Shown here piece after piece: positions 26,226 through 36,561 of a stretch of DNA of 64,000 nucleotides. The stretch comes from Gemmatimonadaceae bacterium (lineage in GTDB: Bacteria > Gemmatimonadota > Gemmatimonadetes > Gemmatimonadales > Gemmatimonadaceae), in assembly GCA_045804265.1 (NCBI GenBank), contig JBJMNK010000116.1:1867-65866 (forward strand), in the 5' to 3' direction. Positions within the stretch are counted from its first letter, which is position 1. Each line of letters begins with the position of its first letter. The translations under genes and the position numbers were made by a program. The notes under the pieces are model-generated. The model was not told the DNA's origin. It did not search any database and worked only from the letters and a program-made list of their open reading frames with translations.

Positions 26226-26327
26226 GCGGCTGGAATCGGAGGCGTGAATCATCGGCGATCGCCGGAAGACGAACATGCACACCACGCGAACCGGTCGCCA
26301 GAGCACCCACCGCCCCGGCGGCGCGAA

Positions 26328-26981
26328 TCACGGCTTCAGCTCATCGATGTCGGGGCGGCGATGCGTGCCGCTTTCGCGCAGCTCGAAGGCGGGAAGCATC
26401 AGCTCCCAGCGAATCGCCGCGAGCCGGAGGAGCGCGACGAGTGCCATCCCCGACAGGACCGCGGGGCGCTGCGCGACGCCGGCTCGAACCAAGCCGACGT
26501 AGACGCTGGTGCCGGCGATCGCAGCGGTCGCGTACAGGCTGCCCCGCTGCAGCACCATCGGGATCTGCGCGGTGAGGACGTCGCGAATCACGCCGCCCGC
26601 GGCGCCGGTGACGGTGCCGAGCAGCACACAGGCGACGGCAGGCATCCCGGCACGCTCGGCGATCTGCGCACCGGCGACGCTGAACAACGCCAGGCCTAAC
26701 GCGTCGGCGATGTCCAGCGTCTGCCAGGGGACGCGCGCCCAGCGGGTGTAGAGCAGCGTCACCACCGCGGCACTGACGATCACGAGGAGGTACGACGGGT
26801 CGGCAAGCCAGAAGATCGGCCGCCGGTCGAGCAGCAGGTCGCGGATCGTCCCACCACCGATCGCGGTCACCGCCGCGAGCACGACGACACCGATGAGGTC
26901 GAGCCGGCGTCGTCCGGCCGCGAGCGCGCCGCTGATCGCGAAGACCGCGACGCCGATCAGGTCGAGCAGGTGCAGCATCAC
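26328..26981 (-). CDS. Trimeric intracellular cation channel family protein (UPF0126/YadS-like)
   Basis: Two UPF0126 repeats: FAISGALAAGRRRLDLIGVVVLAAVTAIGGGTIRDLL and FSVAGAQIA...LLGTVTGAAGGVIRDVL. Confidence 0.85.
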   Translation of the reverse strand: MMLHLLDLIGVAVFAISGALAAGRRRLDLIGVVVLAAVTAIGGGTIRDLLLDRRPIFWLADPSYLLVIVSAAVVTLLYTRWARVPWQTLDIADALGLALFSVAGAQIAERAGMPAVACVLLGTVTGAAGGVIRDVLTAQIPMVLQRGSLYATAAIAGTSVYVGLVRAGVAQRPAVLSGMALVALLRLAAIRWELMLPAFELRESGTHRRPDIDELKP

Positions 26982-26984
26982 GCG

Positions 26985-28883
26985 TTATGGTGTGACGCGC
27001 GATCGGAGCCACTCGCTGCGGCGTGTTCGCATTGCGTCGGTGAGCGGCAACCCGGCCTTCTCGTACGTCATCACGGTGATCGCCGGCGACTCGGCCAGCG
27101 TTACCGGCACCGTGTGGCGCTCGCCGCGCTGCTCGACGTCCACCATGATGACGTCGCCCGGCTTGTGACGGTTGACGATCGCCGACAAAGCCGCAATGCT
27201 CGCTGTCCCCTCGCCGTCGATCGCATAGATCAGGTCTCCGCTGGCGATGCCCGCTGCCCACGCTCCGCCGTCTTCGCCTGTCCAGTTGACGGAGACACGT
27301 GTCGTGTCATCGTCCATCGACGCTCCGAAGAACGGATGACCGGCGCCGGTGTGCTGCACGCTCACGCCGACCGTCGCGAGGAGCCGCTGGTAATCGGGTG
27401 CGTCCTTCCCCTCGATGTAGCGGCGGAAGAAGTCGTTCGCGAATTCGTTGTCATGGGTGACGTCACCGAGGACACGGCGGAGGTCGGCCAGCGTGTAGGG
27501 ACGCGACGGCGCGAGCGCCTTGCTTTGATACTGGCCATACGCGCGCCACATCGCGCGCATGTAGTCCTCGAGCGTGAGCCTGTAGCGATCGCGGAGCGTG
27601 AGGTCGAGCGCGAGCCCGAGCGCGGAGCCATAGGTGTAGTACGAGATGAAGGTGTTGGCGCCATTGGTCGGATCGATCGAGACCGCCGCGTCGACGAACG
27701 GAGCCTGCATGCTCATCTCGACCGCGGAGAAGTGCTTGCGACCGGGGGCAGTGAGCACCGTGTTCACGGCGGCGGTGAGCCCGGCGACATAGTCGTCGTC
27801 GTTGTAGTAGCCGGCGCGGCGCACGAAGAGCCGGTCGAAGTAGCTGGTGAATCCTTCGGCGAACCAGAGCTCGCCCGACATGTTCTCACGCTCGAAGTCG
27901 AAGGGCTCGAGTGCGCGCGGGCGCAGCCGCTTGACGTTCCACGAATGAAAGAACTCGTGCGAGAGCGTGTTGAGGTTCGCTCGCCGCTGCGCGGCGTCGG
28001 CGAGCGAGCGGCGACTCGTGATGACCGTCGAGTTGCGATGCTCCATACCGTCGCCATCCGCCCACGGCAGGTAGTCGGCAAGAAAGGTGTACGTGCCGAA
28101 GTCATAGCCGGCCGGCGTGCCCCACGCCGCGACTTCCTCGGCGACTACCTTCTTCGCCATCGCGGCGAAGGTATCCGCCTGGGCTTCAGTCCCGAGGTGG
28201 TGGAGCGCGAGCCGCCACGTCGAGCGCTTCCCAGCGGTCGAGTCGGTCCAGCTGCGGAAGGTCAGCGGTCCCACTTCGACCGGAGAGTCCATGAACCATT
28301 CCAGGTTCGGCGCGGTGAACGTGCTGGAATCGGCGGTGGGCACGAGCTGCGTGGCGATACGCCAGCCGGCGCGCGGATGCAGCGTCAGGCGGAACGGCGC
28401 GGCGTCCATCCCGCGCGCCCACATGAAGAGCGCGGGCATGTTGATGTGCGCGTGCGTGCGATCGACGCCGAGGTACGTGCCGTCGGTGAGATCGCCAAAG
28501 ACCGTGTAGCTGACGCGGACGACGCCGTCGCCGCGCGCCACGTCCCACCCGTGCGGATCAGGGCGCGTGATCGCGAGCGACCGGCCGTGTCCGTCCACCG
28601 CGCTCACGTCGTAAACGTTCTTGGCGAACGAATGGAGTGCGTAGCGTCCCGGCGACGAGCGACTCATCCGCAGGTGGAGCAGCTGGCCGGCCGGGATGCC
28701 CCGGTAGGTCGCGGTCACTCGCGCCTCGTGAACCTCGGCGCGCGGGAACGACACGTCGTACTCGGTGCGCGACTGCTGCGCGACGAGAGGAGTGGCGAGT
28801 GCCGCTGATGCGGCAAGAACGACGAGCGACGCGGATGCGAAGTTCACGACGGGCGGGACGAAGGTGAAGGCGCGAGCTGCCAT
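26985..28883 (-). CDS. M61 family metallopeptidase (glycyl aminopeptidase-like) with C-terminal PDZ domain
   Basis: Signal peptide MAARAFTFVPPVVNFASASLVVLAASAALA. Zinc motif HEFFHSWNVKRLRP. PDZ-like region GDLIYAIDG...PGDVIMVDVEQRG. Confidence 0.85.
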   Translation of the reverse strand: MAARAFTFVPPVVNFASASLVVLAASAALATPLVAQQSRTEYDVSFPRAEVHEARVTATYRGIPAGQLLHLRMSRSSPGRYALHSFAKNVYDVSAVDGHGRSLAITRPDPHGWDVARGDGVVRVSYTVFGDLTDGTYLGVDRTHAHINMPALFMWARGMDAAPFRLTLHPRAGWRIATQLVPTADSSTFTAPNLEWFMDSPVEVGPLTFRSWTDSTAGKRSTWRLALHHLGTEAQADTFAAMAKKVVAEEVAAWGTPAGYDFGTYTFLADYLPWADGDGMEHRNSTVITSRRSLADAAQRRANLNTLSHEFFHSWNVKRLRPRALEPFDFERENMSGELWFAEGFTSYFDRLFVRRAGYYNDDDYVAGLTAAVNTVLTAPGRKHFSAVEMSMQAPFVDAAVSIDPTNGANTFISYYTYGSALGLALDLTLRDRYRLTLEDYMRAMWRAYGQYQSKALAPSRPYTLADLRRVLGDVTHDNEFANDFFRRYIEGKDAPDYQRLLATVGVSVQHTGAGHPFFGASMDDDTTRVSVNWTGEDGGAWAAGIASGDLIYAIDGEGTASIAALSAIVNRHKPGDVIMVDVEQRGERHTVPVTLAESPAITVMTYEKAGLPLTDAMRTRRSEWLRSRVTP

Positions 28884-30370
28884 CGGGCGGCGTAGCGGCG
28901 AAGCGCGGCGAGATCGGCGGTCTCGTCGGCGAACCCGACATAGCCGTCCGGCCGAATGAGGTACAGCGCACTGCGCGCCAGCCCGGCTGCCTCGGCGGCT
29001 GGCGACCAGGGAAAGACGTGCAGCGTGAGGCCTAACGCCGCGCACGTCGCCGGCGCATCGGGCGGCGGGTCGCCGTAAACGTGGAGCTGCCAGGCGAGGG
29101 CGGTCAGCGCCGCGAAGTTGTCATGGGCCGATCCCCGCACCCAGGGCAGCCGGTCGCCGGCGTGCACGCGCCCGGCCCTGCCGGTGCTGAGGGGGCTGCT
29201 TCGATACTGGATCACGAGCTGCGACACGGTGCGGAACATGAACCGCCGGATAGCGGCCACGCGGGCGAGTACCGGCACGACTCGCGGGACGATCCTCGTG
29301 CGGACGAAGGCGGCGAGCTTTCCCTGCGCCGTCGCGAGGGTGAACAGCCGGTCCGTCGTCGCGACGAGTCGCTGGGCGAAGGCGATCCGCTCCGGCTCGT
29401 AGCTGTCGAGCAGCTGTCCGGATCCTCGCCCCTGGATCACGGCGGCGAGCTTCCACGAGAGATTGATCGCGTCGGAGATGCCGGTGTTCATCCCCTGACC
29501 GCCGACCGGGCTATGGATGTGCGCTGCATCGCCGAGGAGGAAGGCGCGACGTTCGCGGAAACGCGACGCGACGCGGTGATGCACGTGATAGGTCGAGAAC
29601 CAGTTGACCTTCGACACGGTAACACCGACCTGCTGCAGCACGACGTGGCTCACCTCGTCGAACGTCACGTCGCGTTGATCGGCCCCACCACGATCGCGGG
29701 CGACACCGATCAGCCGAGTACGCCCGGGGCCCTTTATCGGGAAGACGATGAGGAAGTCGGCAGTGTCGAGCGCGACATGCACCTCCCCGTTGGTCGTCGG
29801 GCCCGTGCCCTGCACATCGGCGACGTAGAAGTACTGCGAGTACGTGCCGCCAGTGAAGTCGATGCCGATCGACCGGCGCACGGCGGAGCGCGCGCCGTCG
29901 CAGCCGGCAACGTAGAGCGCGTCGCACCGCTCGGTGCTGCCGTCCCCCTGGAGGAGCATCGCGTGGACACCGCTCTCATCCTGCGTGAGCGAGGTGAGTG
30001 TCGTCGAGCGCTCGACGACCACGCCGAGCCGGGAGAGCTCGGCGATCAGCAGTCGCTCATGCTCGTCCTGCGGGAAGATGAGGACGAACGGGAAGGGTGT
30101 CATCCCCTCGCCGGTCGGCGCGAGCGGGACGACCGCGGCACGCCGGCCGGCGATCCAGAGGTTGAGCGCTTCGCCCTTGAACCCTCGAGCGATGACGGCG
30201 CTCGCGATGCCGAGCTGGTCGTACATCTCGAGGACGCGCGCCTGAACGGCGAGGGCGCGCGAGGTCGTCGAGGGCTCCGCGGCGCGGTCGATGATCCGCA
30301 CGCGCACGTCGAGGCGGGTGAGCCAGATGGCGAGCGCAAGCCCGGTCGGGCCGGCGCCGACGATGAGCAC
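28844..30370 (-). CDS. FAD-dependent monooxygenase (aromatic-ring hydroxylase family); start uncertain
   Basis: VLIVGAGPTGLALA dinucleotide fold. DAAHIHSPVGGQGMNTGISDAINLSWKL motif. The GTG at 30370 sits just before the GxGxxG. The track ATG at 30532 would overlap the divergent gene and passes through an AT-rich stretch. Confidence 0.8.
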   Translation of the reverse strand: MLIVGAGPTGLALAIWLTRLDVRVRIIDRAAEPSTTSRALAVQARVLEMYDQLGIASAVIARGFKGEALNLWIAGRRAAVVPLAPTGEGMTPFPFVLIFPQDEHERLLIAELSRLGVVVERSTTLTSLTQDESGVHAMLLQGDGSTERCDALYVAGCDGARSAVRRSIGIDFTGGTYSQYFYVADVQGTGPTTNGEVHVALDTADFLIVFPIKGPGRTRLIGVARDRGGADQRDVTFDEVSHVVLQQVGVTVSKVNWFSTYHVHHRVASRFRERRAFLLGDAAHIHSPVGGQGMNTGISDAINLSWKLAAVIQGRGSGQLLDSYEPERIAFAQRLVATTDRLFTLATAQGKLAAFVRTRIVPRVVPVLARVAAIRRFMFRTVSQLVIQYRSSPLSTGRAGRVHAGDRLPWVRGSAHDNFAALTALAWQLHVYGDPPPDAPATCAALGLTLHVFPWSPAAEAAGLARSALYLIRPDGYVGFADETADLAALRRYAARWQLAPSPSSRPS

Positions 30371-30494
30371 CTGGGGCGCGGCGGGAGCGTTAGGCAGGGC
30401 GGGTCTCGTGTGACGAACGGAGGAGGGCGGGGCGCCCCTAATTCTTACTGTTTCCTGGCTTGCGCGATACCCCTGTTTTCGCGTACGTGACGGA

Positions 30495-32945
30495 ATGCAA
30501 ATCCGCTTCGTGACCCTCGCGCTCGTGTGCACGATTGCAATCGGCAGTCGCGCCGCGGCAGAGTGCCCCGCCAGGGACCCGGCCGGCGCGTGTCTCGTGG
30601 CGATTGCCCCGACCGCGAGCGATGCCAGCGACGTCTATGTCGGGCGCGCGGGCCAGACGAGGGTAAGGCCGCCGCGGCTCGAGGAGAGCGGCTCGAGCGT
30701 GGATGGGGTGCTCGACGACGCACAGTGGCAGCACGCGGCGCTGCTCACGGGGTTTTCGGAGTTCTCGCCGCTCGACGGGGTCGCGGCCGAGGATTCGAGC
30801 GAGGTGCTCGTCTGGTACTCGGCGACGGCGATCCATTTCGGCATCCGCGCGTTCGAGCCGCACGGCGCGGTGCGGGCGACGCTGGCGAACCGCGACAACA
30901 TCGCGAGCGACGACAACATCCAGCTGCTGCTCGGGACGTTCAACGACGGGCGGCAGGCGATGGTGTTCGGCGTGAACCCGCTCGGCGTGCAGATGGACGG
31001 CGTGCTGGTCGAGACGAACCAGTCGCACGGGAACGACTTCAACGCCAAGGCGACGTCACGCGACCAGGCGGACCTCAGCCCGGACTTCGTCTTCGAGTCG
31101 AAGGGGCGCCTAACGGCGTACGGCTACGAGGTCGAGGTGCGCATCCCGTTCAAGAGCCTCAAGTACCCCAACGCGGCCGAGCAGGCGTGGGGACTCAACA
31201 TCGTGCGGATCGTCCAGCACTCCGGACACGAGGATTCGTGGGCGCCGGCGAAGCGCGCGTCGCTCTCGTTCCTCGGCCAGTCGGGGACCGTCGAGGGGAT
31301 GACCGACCTGCGGCGCGGGCTTGTAGTGGACGTGACGCCGGAGATCACGCAGCGCACGACGGGTGCACCGCTGACGGCGCCTGGTGCCGGTGGCTGGGAC
31401 TATTCGGCCGCTAATCCGCAGATCGGGGGCACCGTTCGCTGGGGGGTCACGAACAACATGACGCTCAACGCGACGGCGAATCCCGATTTCTCGCAGGTGG
31501 AGTCGGATGCCGGGCAGGTGGTGTTCGACCCGCGCGCAGCGTTGTACTTCACCGAGAAGCGGCCGTTCTTCCTCGACGGGAGCGAGCAGTTCTCGACACC
31601 GCACAACCTGGTCTACACGCGGCGGATCGTGCAGCCGGTCGCGGCGGCGAAGCTGACCGGGAAGATGTCGGGATTGAACCTCGCGCTGCTGTCGGCGGTG
31701 GACCGTCGTACCGCGTCGCTGACCGGTGATGGGCATCCCGTGTTCAACATCGTGCGGCTGCAGCGCGATCTCGGCGGGCAGTCGCGGGTCGGCATGACGT
31801 ACACCGATCGCATCGACGGCTCGGGGTACAACCGCGTCGCCGACGCCGACGGACGCTACGTGTTCCGCGGGATCTACAGCGTGCAGGGGCAATATGCGCG
31901 CAGCTTCACGAAGGATGTCGCGAGCGCGCCGATGGTGGCGGCGCCGTTATGGAACACGGTGGTGAGTCGCAACGGGAAGGCGTTCGGGCTGCGCTACTCG
32001 CTCGACGGGGTGAGCGACCGGTTCCGCACGCGCAGCGGCTTCATCTCGCGCGGCGGGATCGTCACACTCGGACTCGATCATCGCTTCACCTGGACCGCGC
32101 CGGCGGGTGCGTGGCTCGAGACGTTCAGCTTCAGCCCGGTGGTGAACACGACGTGGCGCTACGAGCGGTTCGTGCAGCAGAAGGACGCGATCGAGAAGCT
32201 TCTGCACTTCAACCTCTCGGCCACTGCGCGCGGCGGATGGAACGCGGGGTTCGGGCTGCTGACCGAGACGTTCGGCTTCGACCCCGATCTCTACGCGAAC
32301 TATCGGATCCTGCGCGGGCCGGGCGACACGATCGCGTTTCGCGGCGTGGGGCGAATCCCGAACCAGGATTGGGTCTTCTCGGCGAGCACTCCGGAGTGGC
32401 AGAAGCTGTCGGCGAACGCGCTCTATCTCTGGGGGCGGGACGAGAACTTCTTCGAGTGGCAGTCGGCGAACATCGTCTTCGCGAGCTACGGACTCACGTT
32501 GCGGCCGAACCAGAAGCTGCGTGTCGATGGGAGCTACCAGCTGCAGACGTACCGGCGGCGCCCGGAAGGCACGATGGTCGGCGAGTTCAAGATTCCGCGG
32601 CTCAAGCTCGAGTACCAGCTCCAGCGCGCGATCCTGCTGCGTCTCGTCGGCGAGTATGACTCGGGCGCGCAGGCGGCGCTGGTCGACGCCGGGCGAACCG
32701 GGCTTCCGCTGCTGGTGAACAACGCGCTCGCGCCGGCGCAGACCGACAGCCGCTTCCGCGGCGACTTTCTCTTCTCGTACACACCGGTGCCCGGCACGGT
32801 GTTCTTCGTCGGCTATGGCGCAGGGTACGAGGACGTGCGCGACGTACCGAAGCAGTTCAGCTTCCCGCGATCGTTAGGCCTGGCGGGCTACGCGCGTGAC
32901 GGCGACGCACTGTTCATCAAGGCGAGCTACCTGATACGGATGTAG
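30495..32945 (+). CDS. DUF5916/CBM9-like domain outer-membrane protein
   Basis: Signal peptide, then VDGVLDDAQWQHAA...WYSATAIHFGIRAFE...DNIQLLLGTFNDGRQAMVFGVNPLG, then a long beta-rich C-terminus ending in F/Y-rich strands. It is a paralogue of 53286..56003. Confidence 0.8.
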   Translation: MQIRFVTLALVCTIAIGSRAAAECPARDPAGACLVAIAPTASDASDVYVGRAGQTRVRPPRLEESGSSVDGVLDDAQWQHAALLTGFSEFSPLDGVAAEDSSEVLVWYSATAIHFGIRAFEPHGAVRATLANRDNIASDDNIQLLLGTFNDGRQAMVFGVNPLGVQMDGVLVETNQSHGNDFNAKATSRDQADLSPDFVFESKGRLTAYGYEVEVRIPFKSLKYPNAAEQAWGLNIVRIVQHSGHEDSWAPAKRASLSFLGQSGTVEGMTDLRRGLVVDVTPEITQRTTGAPLTAPGAGGWDYSAANPQIGGTVRWGVTNNMTLNATANPDFSQVESDAGQVVFDPRAALYFTEKRPFFLDGSEQFSTPHNLVYTRRIVQPVAAAKLTGKMSGLNLALLSAVDRRTASLTGDGHPVFNIVRLQRDLGGQSRVGMTYTDRIDGSGYNRVADADGRYVFRGIYSVQGQYARSFTKDVASAPMVAAPLWNTVVSRNGKAFGLRYSLDGVSDRFRTRSGFISRGGIVTLGLDHRFTWTAPAGAWLETFSFSPVVNTTWRYERFVQQKDAIEKLLHFNLSATARGGWNAGFGLLTETFGFDPDLYANYRILRGPGDTIAFRGVGRIPNQDWVFSASTPEWQKLSANALYLWGRDENFFEWQSANIVFASYGLTLRPNQKLRVDGSYQLQTYRRRPEGTMVGEFKIPRLKLEYQLQRAILLRLVGEYDSGAQAALVDAGRTGLPLLVNNALAPAQTDSRFRGDFLFSYTPVPGTVFFVGYGAGYEDVRDVPKQFSFPRSLGLAGYARDGDALFIKASYLIRM

Positions 32946-32970
32946 TGGTGATCGCAGCGCGCGGACCGAG

Positions 32971-33561
32971 TCAGGGATGACGCGTGGCCTGATAGCCGAT
33001 CTTGGCGCCAACTCCCTGCAACGGCGCGACGACAACCACACCGAGCACCATCGCGTAGGGGTCGTTCCAGGCAAGCCCGACGAGCGTCGTCGGGATCGCC
33101 GCGCCTAACGCTGTGGCCAGCAGCGATCCGTGCGACCCGTCGCTGCGGCCGATGGCGTAAGCAACCGAGGTGCTCCCGACGAAAGAACCGATCGCGTAAG
33201 CGACGTTCGCTTTCGGGCTGTACCCCTCGTCGCCTTTCACGCGCCGATCGGGCGAATCGACTTTGCTGTAAGGCCTGGCGGCGAGGAGCCCGACGGCAAT
33301 CGCGCCGAGCATGCCGCCGGCGATCTGCAGACGCCGCGTTCGGCCGGACGCTTTCGCCGGGGCATCGCTCTCATCGAGTGCGAAGGTCGCGATGGAAGCG
33401 CCAACCGGAAATGCACCGGTCGCGGGCACCGACGCGTGCAGGCGCGCCATTGACGGCGTGAGGAACGCCGGCTCCGCGATGCGCTGTGCCAGCGCCGTCG
33501 GCGCGTACAAGGCGACGACGGCAGCGAGTACCATCGCGCAAGCCGAGCGATTCGCGAGCAT
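32971..33561 (-). CDS. Hypothetical membrane protein
   Basis: Signal/TM segment MLANRSACAMVLAAVVALYAPTALA plus further hydrophobic segments. No family recognised. Confidence 0.5.
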   Translation of the reverse strand: MLANRSACAMVLAAVVALYAPTALAQRIAEPAFLTPSMARLHASVPATGAFPVGASIATFALDESDAPAKASGRTRRLQIAGGMLGAIAVGLLAARPYSKVDSPDRRVKGDEGYSPKANVAYAIGSFVGSTSVAYAIGRSDGSHGSLLATALGAAIPTTLVGLAWNDPYAMVLGVVVVAPLQGVGAKIGYQATRHP

Positions 33562-33623
33562 GAGATCTTCTCCGCGGCTGGTCGAGCGACAAAACCTCGC
33601 GGCCAGCAGCCGCGTCACTCTGG

Positions 33624-35075
33624 TCAGGGCTTGCCACCTGGCGGCTGGGTGCAGCTGGCGCCGGTCGTGTTCTCGAGCGACGGACGCGCCGGCTCGGCGG
33701 GCACATTGACGTCGATCGTGACGTCGGTCGGCTTTCCCGGCTCGATCACGACCGGCTTGAGGATCTTGTTCTTGAGGAACCAGATCTTGTCTCCGCACAT
33801 GAAGTCGGTGATCTCGACCTCGTACTTCCCCGGAGGACGGACGACGGCCGGGCCCCAGCCATCGGGATTCGCGCCGGTGCGCAGCGTCCCGTAGAGCCAG
33901 TGGCCGTCAGGGAGGTGCAGCGAGTACTTCGTCGGGAAGTAGTTGTTCGAGGCGATGTCGTAGATGCGGACACGGAGTGGCGCCGCGCCCGGTGCGGTGC
34001 TCGTCGCCGGCGCGGAGGTCGCGGGCGCGGCCGCGCTGGTGCTCGCCGGGGCTGCGGCGGCCAGCGAGGCGGCGGGCGCCGCACGAGTGGCCGCAGCGTT
34101 AGGCGGACCGGCCACCGCGTCAGGCGCCGCGTTGGTCACGCCAGGGGCGCTGGTCGTCGCGGCGGGCGGAGCCGAGGCAGCGTTAGGCACCGTGCGCGCG
34201 GCGACGCGGATCGCCGCCGCCGAGTCCTTCTTCGCCTGCGCGAGCGCCACTGCCTGTGCCTTCGCCGAGTCGCGCGCCTGCTGCCTGGCCAGCGCGTCCG
34301 CCTTCGCCTTTGCCAGCGTCGCCGCGCGCGCAACCACTCGCGCACTGTCGGCCGCTTTCGCCTTGGCGATCGCCTCGGCGCGCGCCTGTGCGCGAAGCTG
34401 CGCCTTCGTCAGCGGCTTCGGTGGTGGCGCGGCGGCGACGGCGACGGGGGCAGGGCGTCCATCGGGAATCGCCGCGACATTCACGGGGTCCTTCGAGATG
34501 CGTCGCAGGACGAAGTGTCCTTCGCCGTCGGTGCCGCGGCGGTCCCATCTCCCTTTGGCGGAGTCGCCGAAGAAACGTCCCCACATCGAGATGCCGCCGT
34601 GATCGATCCGCGGAATGAAGTCGATGTTCACCGAGTCGCCGCGTACGTTGCCGCTGATCTCCGTCACCATCGACGTGTCGCCCGGCCCGAACGCGGTGAC
34701 GTTTGCCGGTCGCAGGAACGAGCGGCCGAAGAACGATTGCAGGTCGAGGTTGTGGCGGCCGAAGCGATCGCGCGGGTTCCACCACGCAGTGTTGCTGAAG
34801 GCGATTTCGCCGTTGATCTGGCCGGCCATCGGCTCGGTTCGCGCGCTCGGCGTGTCGAGATAGAGCTCGAGTCTCCAGCGTCCCTCGAGCGCCTTGCTCG
34901 GTCCGTCCGCGCCTGGCTGCTGCGCGGCAGCGGGTGCGGTCGCGGCGGCGAGCGCGATCGTCAGGCAGCGCAGCGCGCGCCAGGTCGAGTGGGCCCGCGC
35001 ACCGTACGAACGTGCATCCAATCCCGAAGGCAGCTGCATGCTTTCACGCTGACATCCCATCCGCGTCCTCACCAT
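33624..35075 (-). CDS. Hypothetical secreted protein with Ala/Lys-rich linker and C-terminal beta-sandwich-like domain
   Basis: Signal-like region LTIALAAATAPAAAQQ. Central AKAKA/AQA low-complexity region. C-terminal region LRVRIYDIASNNYFP...GKYEVEITDF. The start is uncertain (35075 or 35039). Confidence 0.55.
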   Translation of the reverse strand: MVRTRMGCQRESMQLPSGLDARSYGARAHSTWRALRCLTIALAAATAPAAAQQPGADGPSKALEGRWRLELYLDTPSARTEPMAGQINGEIAFSNTAWWNPRDRFGRHNLDLQSFFGRSFLRPANVTAFGPGDTSMVTEISGNVRGDSVNIDFIPRIDHGGISMWGRFFGDSAKGRWDRRGTDGEGHFVLRRISKDPVNVAAIPDGRPAPVAVAAAPPPKPLTKAQLRAQARAEAIAKAKAADSARVVARAATLAKAKADALARQQARDSAKAQAVALAQAKKDSAAAIRVAARTVPNAASAPPAATTSAPGVTNAAPDAVAGPPNAAATRAAPAASLAAAAPASTSAAAPATSAPATSTAPGAAPLRVRIYDIASNNYFPTKYSLHLPDGHWLYGTLRTGANPDGWGPAVVRPPGKYEVEITDFMCGDKIWFLKNKILKPVVIEPGKPTDVTIDVNVPAEPARPSLENTTGASCTQPPGGKP

Positions 35076-35222
35076 TCGAAAAAGACCGGAGCCCAGGCCA
35101 GGAGCATCGCCCTCCCCGGATACGGGTGGGCGGCTCGCAGTGCTGACGTCGCTAGTGCACAGGACACGCCAGCGGGGGCCGCCGGCGTCCGGCGTTCGCC
35201 AGGCCGCGCCCGCTTGGTGGAC

Positions 35223-36557
35223 TCAGCGGGTCAGGACCAGGACAATCCCGGCGACGCCCACTACCAGCACGAGCCCGACGCCGACCAGCGCGAAGCGCAG
35301 CCAGCGCTGGTACGGAACACCGGCAGCGAGAAGGACGGCCATCAGTGCGCCGTTGGTCGGGGTGAGCAGCTCGGTGAGTCCGGCGCCCATCTCGTAGGCC
35401 AGCACCGCCGACAGCCGCGGGAGGCGAAGCAGGTCGGCGAGCGGAACGAACACCGGCATCGTCAGCACGGCCTGTCCGCTGACGCTCGGCACGAATACGT
35501 GGATCAGCGACTGGGCCGGGATCATCAGGAGCACGGCACCCGCCGGTGGTGCGCTGCCTAACGGTCCGGCCATCGCCTGCAGGATCGTGTCGATGACGTG
35601 ACCGTCGGTGAGGACGAGCGAGATGCTGCGCGCGAGCCCGATCAGCACTCCCGCCGAGATGACGCTCTGCATCCCCTCGATGTAGGCGGTGGTCGTACCG
35701 CCAACTCCCAGTCCGCCGACCATTCCAGCGAGGACGCCGCCGACGAGGAAGAGCGCCGAGAGCTCGTTGAATCCCCAACCCAGCTTCAGCGAGCCGTAGA
35801 CGTAGACCACCACCGGCGCCGCGACGAGAACGAGCACGAAAACGTCGCGCGCGGACACGGGAACGCGACCGACCGTCGAGACCTCGGGCATCGCGGTGCG
35901 CATCTTCGCGGCGTGACGCATCGTCCACGCGATCCAGAGCGTGATCGCAACCACGAACATCACCAGTCGCAGCGCGCCGGCGGTCGTCACCGGAAGCTGC
36001 GCGAGCTGCAGAGCGATTCCCGCCTGGAACGGATTGCTCGGTCCGAACGCGCTCCCGATCATCGCCGCACCGGCGCTCATCGCGACGACGCTGACCGCGT
36101 CGATGCCGAGTCCGGTGCCGAGAATGAGCAGCACGGGGACGAGCGGGATGATCTCTTCCTGCATGTTCTCGAGCGCGCCCATCGCGGCGAAGAAGAGCGC
36201 GATGATCGGGATCGCGACCAGCCCGCGGTCGCGGAGCCCGCCGACGAGGGCGCCGACCAGCCTGCCTAACGATCCGATCCGGTCGACGACGACCCACGCG
36301 CCGCCGGCGAGGAGGATCAGCGCGATCACGTCGGCCGCCTCGACGATGCCGCGCGGCACGGCGACGACGGCGGCGAACGGCCCGACCGGCGCGCGCGCCA
36401 CCGAGTGGTAGGTGCCGGCGACAACGACATTCCGATGGGTGACGGGATCTTCGCGCCGGTCGTAGTCGCCGGCGGGAAGGATCCACGTCAGGACCGCGGC
36501 AACGCCGATCGCGCAGAGGAGAAGGACGAGCGGGTGCGGCAGCTGGAAGCGCTTCAC
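35223..36557 (-). CDS. YfcC family (C4-dicarboxylate anaerobic carrier-like) membrane transporter
   Basis: The GTG at 36557 lies 5 nt after the upstream stop. MKRFQLPHPLVLLLCAIG...ILPAGDYDR...GALENMQEEIIPLVPVLL is typical of YfcC proteins. Confidence 0.8.
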   Translation of the reverse strand: MKRFQLPHPLVLLLCAIGVAAVLTWILPAGDYDRREDPVTHRNVVVAGTYHSVARAPVGPFAAVVAVPRGIVEAADVIALILLAGGAWVVVDRIGSLGRLVGALVGGLRDRGLVAIPIIALFFAAMGALENMQEEIIPLVPVLLILGTGLGIDAVSVVAMSAGAAMIGSAFGPSNPFQAGIALQLAQLPVTTAGALRLVMFVVAITLWIAWTMRHAAKMRTAMPEVSTVGRVPVSARDVFVLVLVAAPVVVYVYGSLKLGWGFNELSALFLVGGVLAGMVGGLGVGGTTTAYIEGMQSVISAGVLIGLARSISLVLTDGHVIDTILQAMAGPLGSAPPAGAVLLMIPAQSLIHVFVPSVSGQAVLTMPVFVPLADLLRLPRLSAVLAYEMGAGLTELLTPTNGALMAVLLAAGVPYQRWLRFALVGVGLVLVVGVAGIVLVLTR

Positions 36558-36561
36558 GGCC

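Noticed and set aside
26970-28808. Very long antisense ORFs, for example 26970..28808(+), 33900..35561(+), 35152..36486(-), 37998..39689(+), 29081..30490(+), 9174..10103(-) and 6945..8078(+)
   Set aside because: Each lies opposite a gene with strong family motifs. Their translations are Arg/Gly/Asp/Ala low-complexity without recognisable domains. Stop-codon depletion in GC-rich DNA explains them.
30371-30532. ATG at 30532 as the start of the FAD monooxygenase
   Set aside because: It would overlap the divergent DUF5916 gene start and read through an AT-rich, promoter-like stretch. The GxGxxG fold begins right after the GTG at 30370. The exact start remains uncertain.
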